From positions 32,001-96,000 of the forward strand of contig DASPSR010000062.1 of the NCBI GenBank assembly GCA_035623825.1: DNA of 64,000 nucleotides, read 5' to 3'. The position numbers were made by a program, and so were the translations under genes. This DNA is from Nitrospirota bacterium. Its GTDB lineage: Bacteria; Nitrospirota; UBA9217. The notes below the pieces were generated by a model, which ran no database searches, was not told the DNA's origin, and saw nothing but the letters and a program-made list of their open reading frames with translations. Position 1 is the stretch's first letter; each line of letters opens with the position of its first letter. Below are positions 29,799-38,039 of the stretch, piece by piece.

Positions 29799-30293
29799 AT
29801 GAAAAAGATGGCTATGATATCAACAATTGGTCTTTGCCTCGCGGTTTTAATCATTGCAGGATTTCCACTGGTAGGTGATGCAGCAACAATTTATGGCTGC
29901 CAAGAGCGACTTACTGGATTTGTCAGAATAGTGAGCAGTCCTAGTCAATGCAACCGATTTGAAACTCCAATCTCATGGGATTCAGTAGGACCTCAGGGTC
30001 CGGCAGGGCCTCCGGGACCGGCTGGAGTCGCAAATGGCATTACCACCGGAGTACACGGAGTAGTAAATTATGACGGCACGGTCTTTGAGGGAGTTGGATT
30101 TAGCTCATCTTTCGCATCCGGCGTCTATTATATCACCTTCGACCAGGCATTCTCCTATCCAGGCCCCCATTGCGTTGTAACGCCGTTCCAGTCGCCACCC
30201 ACGACAATGTGCGCCATATTCGGATACGGCCCGACCACCCTTTATGTCAATTGTACTGCACAAGTATCATTCTTTTTCATATGCGTGCAGTGA
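29799..30293 (+). CDS. Secreted collagen-like paralog (5 GXY triplets)
   Basis: Near-identical N-terminus and RBS to the 28918 gene; ends FFFICVQ. Confidence 0.87.
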   Translation: MKKMAMISTIGLCLAVLIIAGFPLVGDAATIYGCQERLTGFVRIVSSPSQCNRFETPISWDSVGPQGPAGPPGPAGVANGITTGVHGVVNYDGTVFEGVGFSSSFASGVYYITFDQAFSYPGPHCVVTPFQSPPTTMCAIFGYGPTTLYVNCTAQVSFFFICVQ

Positions 30294-30330
30294 CTACTAG
30301 GAGTCGGCCGCGCACGGGAGACGCGACCTT

Positions 30331-30394
30331 CTTACCCAACTTACCCACCGCAGCACATACGACCCAGGCAAGGGGGAGCCGGAAGACTTCCCCT
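30331..30394 (+). repeat. Duplicated 3' element with terminator-like hairpin (copy 2)
   Basis: Matches 29643-29706. Confidence 0.75.
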
Positions 30395-30723
30395 GCTCTT
30401 TATCACAAAGCCAGACGCACGTACAACGGATTGCTAAATGGTCTTTGTTGATACTCCGGGCGCTTCAGGGCTGAAGTAATATCCCAATAAATCAAATCCC
30501 TTTTCTATTCGCCTAATATATGTTCAAGCTACAACCAGTATTTGATGATAGTTTCGTCTGTCTGCAATTGCAGAATCGTAGGTGCAACAGTTGCTGATAC
30601 GAATGCTATTTAATAACAATTTTCTGGAGAAATATTGATTGTTGCCAAGATTTGAAATTCGTGACTTTCAGGAAATAATTTTTATTGTACCAGATTAAAA
30701 TAGCAAAATTGCTTCAACATGTA

Positions 30724-30781
30724 ATTCGTAATCAGCAGGTCGTCCGTTCAACCCGGATCGCCGGCTCCATTTTTTCAAACA
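30724..30781 (+). repeat. att-type duplication of the tRNA-Thr 3' part
   Basis: attcgtaatcagcaggtcgtccgttcaacccggatcgccggctccattttttcaaaca is identical to 25850-25907. Confidence 0.95.
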
Positions 30782-30789
30782 CATAGCTT

Positions 30790-30967
30790 TTTTCCCCACA
30801 TCACAAATCATTTTAAAATAACCACCCAATGACCACTTTCCTAACCATCCTTTTCTTGTTGTAGGCCCCCAAATTGTAGCGCTGTGAGTTACATACAGGC
30901 ATTGTCGGCTTCTAAGATTTTTCTTTTTCTTGTAACTGATACTGGTTGTCATTTCGAATGTTTATAC
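30790..30967 (+). repeat. ~175-bp imperfect direct repeat, copy 1 (att flank)
   Basis: Shares exact 31-mer and 37-mer blocks with 32165-32342. Confidence 0.9.
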
Positions 30968-31258
30968 GACAGAGGAGGTAACCAATCTTATGTGAGGAAA
31001 ATAAGAACTATCGATTGAAGTAAACGATGCGAACTCCCATCCTGTAATGCAAAGCAGTTGCGTCATTTCTTAAAAGCTTATTTCATCCCGTAATTGATAC
31101 TGATAAGTATCTTATCTCTTATTGCATTATCATTCAGACTAATCGATATTCCCCTTGCTCCTTTCGTTAAAATATAGTACGCTCGTTTCATTAATAGAAC
31201 GGTGGGTGATCGCAGGCTCCTGGAAAAACACCATAACTTGTTTTTGGGGGGTAAATAA

Positions 31259-31879
31259 ATGGAGACGCTCACAAAAAAAACAGCGATGATTCGCCAATTT
31301 CATCTGTCCGACTGGTTCACCCTTGCAAACGCTGTGTGTGGCACTGGCGCCCTCTTCTCTTCAATGACGTACCTTACCACGGGTGATGTCCTACACATTT
31401 ATTTGAGCTGCAGTCTGATAGTTGCCGCTTTAGCATTTGACATACTTGATGGCCGTATCGCTCGGTGGCGCCAAAAAACGTCTGCGATGGGCCGCGAGCT
31501 TGATTCTCTTGCCGATGTCATTTCCTTCGGTGTTGCACCAGCAATGCTCGCATATGTTTGCGGCATGCAGGGCCTCTACGACCGCATCATTTTATCCTAT
31601 TTTGTCGCTTGCGGAGTATCCCGGCTAGCCCGTTACAATGTAACAGCCGAGGCACTGTCCGAGGGCGGAGATAAAGTGCGGTACTTCGAAGGCACACCAA
31701 TACCAAGTTCCCTCTTACTAGTCTTCCTTATCTGGATAGCAGCTTCAAACGGTGCTTTGCGCGAACGGCTTTGGCTGGGTGAAGTCAAGCTCCTTGGCTT
31801 TCGGCTCCATCCGTTCACCCTTCTATTTGCACTTTCTGGATCATTAATGATCAGTAGATTGCGTATTCCAAAGCTATGA
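31259..31879 (+). CDS. pssA: CDP-alcohol phosphatidyltransferase, phosphatidylserine synthase-like
   Basis: FDILDGRIAR..MGRELDSLADVISFGVAPA, RLARYN, YFEGTPIP. Confidence 0.85.
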   Translation: METLTKKTAMIRQFHLSDWFTLANAVCGTGALFSSMTYLTTGDVLHIYLSCSLIVAALAFDILDGRIARWRQKTSAMGRELDSLADVISFGVAPAMLAYVCGMQGLYDRIILSYFVACGVSRLARYNVTAEALSEGGDKVRYFEGTPIPSSLLLVFLIWIAASNGALRERLWLGEVKLLGFRLHPFTLLFALSGSLMISRLRIPKL

Positions 31880-31984
31880 AAAATATCGGGCTCAAATTAG
31901 CATCAAGTCCACAAACTAAAGAGCGGGCACAATAAAATCTTAATAATGGATACATAGCCTGATCCAATTAAGCAAGGACGACGC

Positions 31985-32160
31985 GTGTTGCGCTGGATCT
32001 ACCCCGCGTTGCGTGTGCTGTTCCCCAATCAGGTGATACGGGCTGACAACTTGGCCCGCGCCATGGTGGATATTGCTGTCCGGCAAACAGCGGAGCGCCG
32101 AGGCCAAGTTTTCGAGAATCGTGAGATTCGCGCCATGGTCGATTCGCTTCACTCCCCACG
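31985..32160 (+). pseudogene. C-terminal fragment of an NAD(P)-binding epimerase-like protein
   Basis: IYPALRVLFPNQVIRADNLARAMV..VFENREIR resembles the C-terminus of that family; no N-terminal Rossmann part. Confidence 0.5.
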
Positions 32161-32164
32161 CGAA

Positions 32165-32342
32165 TTTTCCCAGATCACAGATCATTTAAAAATAACAACC
32201 CAATAACCACTTTCCTAACCATCCTTTTCTTGTTGTGGGCCCCCAAATTGTGGCACTGTGAGTTGCATCCAGACATTGTCGGCTTATAGCGCTGATTTTT
32301 TTTCTTGTAACTGATACTGGTTGTCATTTCGAATGCCTATAC
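32165..32342 (+). repeat. ~175-bp imperfect direct repeat, copy 2
   Basis: Matches 30790-30967. Confidence 0.9.
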
Positions 32343-32803
32343 ATCCATGGCCTCTCGTTACCACCCTAGAACAGGCAAGCAGAAAAAAACGGTTTCTGAA
32401 AAAGCATCTGTGTATATCTGCCTGGTCTGGCAACGAGTTCATCAATTTCATTATAACTGAAGCGCAAACCTGCTCGTTCCCAATACTGCTCTGGTCAATG
32501 CACATCTTCAAAATATCTCATTTTTCAAGCGGGGGGACGTCCTACGAAAAAAGGGGTATGTTAAAAAAGTAGTCGGAGCAATTTACACACGTTGTTGATA
32601 TAACGATGCAGCAAAATGTGAGATTGTTTACGGTATCCACGTGATTTATTGTATTTGTTTTAGTTATTGTTGAGATTTAGGCAATGGCGGCTGCTCATTG
32701 TAACACAATGGGCACAGTCGCATTTTTTAACACGCTATTGCAATCACAAAAACCCACATAATAATTAAATTATATTTCAACGTCTTTGTATAAGCTTTCA
32801 TAA

Positions 32804-32819
32804 CGGCATACTTTATGCT
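32804..32819 (+). promoter_or_regulatory. Putative sigma54 promoter
   Basis: CGGCATACTTTATGCT with GG-N10-GC spacing, ~80 bp before the 32898 ORF, in AT-rich DNA. Confidence 0.55.
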
Positions 32820-32897
32820 TGATAGTATATTTTCTACTATATACCTTAATAATAAAAAATAAAAGCCAAGCCAAGATTTTTCAAATGAGGAAATTCT

Positions 32898-33173
32898 ATG
32901 ATGATCCATGTCATTTTCGAAAACCAGCGCCACGGTTATATAGAGGCTTCCCGCTTTGATGATCTTATTACGACTTTTCCGATTGCGTCCTTTCGACGTC
33001 GTGGCAGATGGATACGTGTAGGTATTGACCCCATGCGATCATTGAATGCAGATTCTCTCGCTAGACCAAACGGGAAAGAGCGAAGACATTCATACAGTGC
33101 ATTAGAAAAGAAGCATAAAGCGACCGTCGAAGCCGCGGATATCCTTGCTCCCAATCTCAGACAGTCATTATAA
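32898..33173 (+). CDS. GSU3473-family small protein
   Basis: MMIHVIF...DDLI...FRRRGRWIRVGIDPMR...ERR pattern; gagg RBS. Confidence 0.7.
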   Translation: MMIHVIFENQRHGYIEASRFDDLITTFPIASFRRRGRWIRVGIDPMRSLNADSLARPNGKERRHSYSALEKKHKATVEAADILAPNLRQSL

Positions 33174-33531
33174 TTAAAAAAAGATAGCACCATTAGTGCT
33201 GTCCTCATGTACCATTTATCCTATCGAGAAAATTAATTTTCTTTTTGCGCAAGCTTTATTCACGATTTTTTCCCATATATCCTCCTTTTATTCAGTCATA
33301 GAAGGGTGGAGCTATTAAAATTCATGAACATTCTTGTTTTTAGACCAACTGGAGATGAAAAGATTGAATGGGCAATAGGGTAACTTTCCGTGCGCATAAA
33401 ATCCTGAGCGACAGATGTCCTTTCGTAAATCTTGTAGTACATGTTGTGGTCGGCCTAAAGAATCGTTCCTGATTTTCCAGTAGATCATATGTGCGGTATA
33501 AGATATGAGACTAAGTTTGAGGAGGTGCATT

Positions 33532-33777
33532 ATGAATAAAATAATGAAGTGCAAGGAAACCCGCGATATCGGGCATTACAGACAGGATAAGGGCCTTTAC
33601 AGGCTGCCGGCCTACGTCTTTGATCTGGACGTGGACTACTGCGACAAGGATCGCGAAGAGTGGATCTGGAGCATCGGCCAGAACCACGAGACCGGAGAAA
33701 TATGGGCAGCCGCCGACATGCGGTACCACGGGAACCCACTGTTCGCGTGCCTATATCGGCGTGAAAAATCGTTATAG
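33532..33777 (+). CDS. Hypothetical protein
   Basis: Strong ggaggt RBS; coding-like composition; EEWIWSIG motif. Confidence 0.65.
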   Translation: MNKIMKCKETRDIGHYRQDKGLYRLPAYVFDLDVDYCDKDREEWIWSIGQNHETGEIWAAADMRYHGNPLFACLYRREKSL

Positions 33778-34284
33778 GATATTGAAAGTCTTGGAAAGGA
33801 CCTCTAGATGGAGATAGCAGGTTAGCCATAATATAATGCATCCAGGGTGGAATAGGCTTCGCAAGCCGAACGGTCTGCACTCTACTGTCCTCGCGCGAAG
33901 AGATGCGCAGGCAGATGAATGCAGACGTTATAGAAATATAGGTTCTACCCATTGCCCTGATACATCGTACTTGGGGAACCAAGACAGGTTCGAACTTATG
34001 CCTAGTACAACAGGTATTTCATACGCTTCCTAATCGAGTACGGCTCTTGAGTCTTAGGTTGCATTAGCAAATGCCATGAAGCAGAAGTAGGCAATTCAAA
34101 TCTTACGGGGGCTCATTTTATCTTCCTTGAGTTATTGTGGTTGAAGTTCTCCAAAACTCCAAAACTGCTTCTGAGCTATTGTTCTTGACTGACACACCGG
34201 CATGTTTTTGTTTCGAAATGAGCAAAACAGTGAAATGCTGTAGCTGGATTTACCCACGAAATCGCAAGCGAAAGGGATGCAGGT

Positions 34285-34962
34285 ATGTTTAACCCAAATT
34301 TTGTTTTCGACAGCTTCGTATCAACAATGGGCAACAAATTTGCTCGAGCCGCATGCATGACTTTTGCCAGATCATTCAATCCTCCATATAATCCTCTTCT
34401 TCTGTACGGCCCGACCAGCGTCGGGAAAACCCACCTTCTTCATGCCATAGGAAACCAATTTAGGAATTTGAGGCCTTTTGATAAAGTAATCATTGTGACA
34501 GCCGAGGTTATGATGAATGAATTATTAGGGGCTATTAGCAATATTCAGATCGAGCTATTTCGAATAAAATACACAAGCATGGACTTATTGCTTGTGGATG
34601 ATATTCATACCCTGGTTGGGAGAAAATGCACTCAAGAGGAATTGTTCAATATCTTCCAAACGCTCGTCGCAAAAGGAGGACGATTGGCGATGACTAGCTC
34701 AAAATCGCTAAGCGACGTACTAATCTTGTCAGATGAAATGAAATCAAGGATGAAACATAGTCTTATAATCCGGGTTAAACCACCATCTCGGAATGAGGTG
34801 GAGCTGATTCTTTCAAGCAGATTTGCTGCGTCCGTACCGATGGTATCTAAGAATATTATCAAGATGGCAGCGAGCATAGGCTCGGATATTCGCCGCGCTG
34901 AAGGAATGATTAAGCAGATGGTTTTTGTGGATAATCTGGCTGGGTTCATGAAGTCAAAATAG
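34285..34962 (+). CDS. DnaA/Hda-family AAA+ ATPase-domain-only protein
   Basis: NPNFVFDSFV..N.FA, YNPLLLYGPTSVGKTHLLHAIGN, LLLVDDI, TQEELF; no domain I or IV. Confidence 0.85.
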   Translation: MFNPNFVFDSFVSTMGNKFARAACMTFARSFNPPYNPLLLYGPTSVGKTHLLHAIGNQFRNLRPFDKVIIVTAEVMMNELLGAISNIQIELFRIKYTSMDLLLVDDIHTLVGRKCTQEELFNIFQTLVAKGGRLAMTSSKSLSDVLILSDEMKSRMKHSLIIRVKPPSRNEVELILSSRFAASVPMVSKNIIKMAASIGSDIRRAEGMIKQMVFVDNLAGFMKSK

Positions 34963-35310
34963 ATCTGTATTAGTGCAATCTGCTGGCTCCCTCGTATTTC
35001 GACAAAATGTAATTATAAACCTCAATCTTACATCATACCTGTTGTTCGTTTATGCAGAGTCGCGGTAAATTGATAGTTAATTTCTATTCGAAAATTAAGG
35101 CCTGTCGATTAGCAACACAAATGAACGCTCCATCCTGCAAGACGCAAAGGTTACAGATATTGTGGATTATAAGTTTCTTGTCGAATTCGTTAATGCCTTC
35201 TATAATAAATCCAATTCAGCATATTCCGTTCACACCATTGACATCCCTCCGAATTCAGAATATATTTTCAATATATAGCAATAACGTAGCTTAATGTAGG
35301 CCAAATACCA

Positions 35311-35880
35311 ATGCCTGATGGAGACGTAAAAACCGTACGTGATTTGATCTACTACCAATACGCAAAGATCATTGCGAGGCGAGCGTTTTCTGCCCAGGAT
35401 GGGAAAGCCGCTAAAGCACAGTCATACGGATTCATCAAGAAGACATTCAGGGAGCTACAAGCAGGCACGAAGAAGTGGTCTGAGACAATGCGGGAAGACT
35501 GGCAGTTCGTGGAATCAGACAAGAAATGCAGCTATTGCGGCACACAAGAGGATCTGCATAGAGAGCATATCGTCCCGAAATCTCTCAAAATCAAACCTGA
35601 GTGCGGGACCTGCGATACAATACAGAGTATCCACAATCAGGTGTGGGCCTGCAAGAAATGTAACTCGCTCAAGCACACGAAGGGGCTCTATGAGTTCTTC
35701 AAACTGTTATATCCTTCTGAAAAGAAGTTTTACGATCTGATCCCTCCAATCCTGGAGAAAAAATATCTTAAGACAATCTATTGCTGTCATGTATGCGCTG
35801 ACACGCTAGACAAAGTTGGTATTGACGGTGATGCTGAAATAACCGTCCTCGATATCGATTATATTCTTAAGAGGGGTTAG
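35311..35880 (+). CDS. HNH endonuclease
   Basis: CSYCG..EHIVPKS...NQVWACKKCNSLK. Confidence 0.85.
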   Translation: MPDGDVKTVRDLIYYQYAKIIARRAFSAQDGKAAKAQSYGFIKKTFRELQAGTKKWSETMREDWQFVESDKKCSYCGTQEDLHREHIVPKSLKIKPECGTCDTIQSIHNQVWACKKCNSLKHTKGLYEFFKLLYPSEKKFYDLIPPILEKKYLKTIYCCHVCADTLDKVGIDGDAEITVLDIDYILKRG

Positions 35881-35901
35881 TAGCGTGGAGGGTGCCGTAA
35901 C

Positions 35902-36324
35902 ATGAAGATATTTGAATCAAAGCGCGAGATTGCCGCATCTCCGAACACCGTATTTGATACATTTGAGCAGCCAGAAATTCTGGCCAAATGGTGGGGGCCA
36001 TCTGGTTTCACCAATACCTTTGAGATATTCGATTTCCGTCCAAAGGGGTTGTGGAAATTTGTAATGCACGGTCCTGATGGCAAGAACTATCCCAATGAGT
36101 GCCTATTTGCTGAAATATCTCGTCCAGGCAAGGTCGTGATCCGTCATGAGTCGGAACCAAAGTTTACGCTCACAGTTACTATCGTTGAGTCAGGGTCGGG
36201 ATCTTCTGTGTTCTGGGTACAAGAGTTTGACAGTGAGGAAGTAGCAGAGGCCGTTGCTCATATTGTTCGACCAGCAAATGAGCAGAATCTGGATAGGTTA
36301 GTGGCCATTTTGGTCAGCAGCTAA
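35902..36324 (+). CDS. SRPBCC/AHSA1-family protein
   Basis: LAKWWGPSGFTNTF..FDFRP.G.WKFVMHGPDG.NYPN; ANEQNLDRL. Confidence 0.9.
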   Translation: MKIFESKREIAASPNTVFDTFEQPEILAKWWGPSGFTNTFEIFDFRPKGLWKFVMHGPDGKNYPNECLFAEISRPGKVVIRHESEPKFTLTVTIVESGSGSSVFWVQEFDSEEVAEAVAHIVRPANEQNLDRLVAILVSS

Positions 36325-36604
36325 CCCATTGAGCCGACGTTCCTATCGGGCCGCTGTAGAATATGGCTGTTCATGTGCAGTAAACACCTAGAAGGTTTCA
36401 GCGCCGTTGACAAATTCCTCACTGCGGAATACCAGGTGTTGTCGATGAGGATGAGGATCTTAGAAATTATTATTTTTCGGCTATAACTTTCGCTGAGATG
36501 TTCTTCCTATAGCCTTCGTCTTTTATACCTGCAAATGCAACAAAGTGAAAAGTTGCCAATTATGGAAATTGACAACGCTTCTTATCAATGATTAAATATA
36601 ATTG

Positions 36605-36690
36605 ATCCACGATAAAACCAAACCCTCCGTGAGGAAGGCACGGAAAGCAACGGGTCTCGGAAGACAAGACAGCCGAGCTGCCGAAGGATA
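36605..36690 (+). ncRNA. GEMM-I cyclic dinucleotide riboswitch, GEMM-Ib (3',3'-cGAMP) type
   Basis: CGATAAAACCAAACCCTCC-GTGA-GGAAGGCACGGAAAGC..GGGTCT..AGACAGCCGAGCTGCCG matches the GEMM-I architecture. Confidence 0.85.
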
Positions 36691-36719
36691 ATGCCCCTTT
36701 GGTATGCTCGGCTTTTTTA
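36671..36719 (+). terminator. Riboswitch expression-platform terminator
   Basis: agccgagc-tgccgaagg...cctttggta-t-gctcggct-ttttt. Confidence 0.8.
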
Positions 36720-36798
36720 TTTATCCTCTAACAAGAAAAAAAGCGGAGGCTCTGGTCTCGGCACCAAATTATGAGCGATGATATCACACAAGGGGAAT

Positions 36799-37137
36799 AT
36801 GTTGACGAAGCAATATACAGAAAAGCAGTGGCCTTTTACAGATTCACCCAAGACGGCAGTTTATACAACCCGGGACATCATCGAAAAAGGCAAGCCTATC
36901 CTGACCGTCACACACGATCAAGATGACGGCGCGTGGCAGTTTCACACGTCGATTACCACGTGGGCAACCGATGCAACAATCGTTGCGTTGGAGGAAATCG
37001 TATTCCATGATCCCAGCGTGGTCGGGTTGTCTGACCTTCCCATCGGATGGATGGCAATTCGAGATTCGCGCGGAGAGCCTTGGGTACGGCAGCCGATCCC
37101 ATCGAACGTCACAGCGGGGGTAACGGACGAGGAATGA
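36799..37137 (+). CDS. Hypothetical protein, DUF2185/immunity-protein-like
   Basis: WPF.DSP.TAVYTT..ILTVTHD.DDGAWQF...DPS...LSDLPIGW; agggg RBS. Confidence 0.7.
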   Translation: MLTKQYTEKQWPFTDSPKTAVYTTRDIIEKGKPILTVTHDQDDGAWQFHTSITTWATDATIVALEEIVFHDPSVVGLSDLPIGWMAIRDSRGEPWVRQPIPSNVTAGVTDEE

Positions 37138-37158
37138 TGACGGCTAGGCGCTGAGAAC

Positions 37159-37553
37159 TTGCCTGTGGTCGCGAGAGGAGGTTCGATCAACGTGCACCTG
37201 AATTTAAGAAACAGCGTAGGGCTAAAAAAGGTCTTTGTGCGAGTGGGGCAACCTGTCCGGTCGCCTGAAGCACAAGAAGGAGACCCATGGTGGTGCCGGA
37301 TTGAAATCGACGGACTCGGGCATAAAAGACTTATGCCAATCGCGGGCGTAGACTCGCTTCGATCTCTTCTTTTAGCCCTACAGTTCGCAAAAAAATGCTG
37401 CCAGAATTTGCCAAAGAAAAAAATGGTCTCATTTACTGGTTATCAAAGTGGAGCGGGGGAGATTATTCAAGTACTACGGCAGTGGCCCCTGCGCTTCATA
37501 AAACAGCGTTGCTTCGATTGCTCGAGAAACAGAGGCAGAACGGGACCCGGTAG
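37159..37553 (+). pseudogene. DUF6968-like gene interrupted by a -1 frameshift at an A7 run
   Basis: V.VGQP..WWC.IEI.GLG..IAGVDSL.SL.LAL in frame 0; MLPEFAKEKNGLIYWL continues in the -1 frame to TAG 37551-37553. Confidence 0.5.
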
Positions 37554-38039
37554 TGTAATATCAGGTTCGCAGTCTGAGATAACCTGAGCTAAATATATAC
37601 CACTTGTCACTCAACCTGAACTCCTTCGTCCAATCCAGACACTTTTTTTCAATCCTCGCGAGTTCTAAAAATCATCTGTTTAACCATGCCTTCAACGCTG
37701 AAGAAAATTATTTTACAGTGAACTGGATGCAATACTGATCCATGCGGTAGGCCGGCACTGCTCGCCAATCCGCGAATCGAACGAACTATTGCATCATCGA
37801 CCACCTGAAGTGCATCGAATAACAACTATTTCATGCATTGTTGAGGGTGAATTGGTCAAATTAAAATTCTCAATTCTTGCATAATTGCGCCACATTTGCT
37901 CGATATAGTATCAGCATGAAAAGGTGGTCAGCCAGAGATCCTGTCGAGGCGAGAATGGAGGTGAAGATGTCGAAATACACCGGCGGACGGCCTTCATGAG
38001 TGACGAACAAGTCAACCTTATTGCAAAGGAGATATTCAG

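Larger units (their letters stand above)
25850..30781. mobile_element. tRNA-Thr-integrated island bounded by 58-bp direct repeats; no integrase
   Basis: 25850-25907 is identical to 30724-30781; AT-rich flanks; accessory cargo. Confidence 0.8.

Noticed and set aside
30724-30769. Second functional tRNA-Thr
   Set aside because: Lacks the 5' acceptor strand and D-arm; it is an att duplication
34285-34962. Chromosomal dnaA / oriC
   Set aside because: No domain I or IV, no dnaN nearby, no DnaA-box cluster noticed
33780-37600. Intact integron
   Set aside because: No intI and no complete attC; only one degenerate remnant
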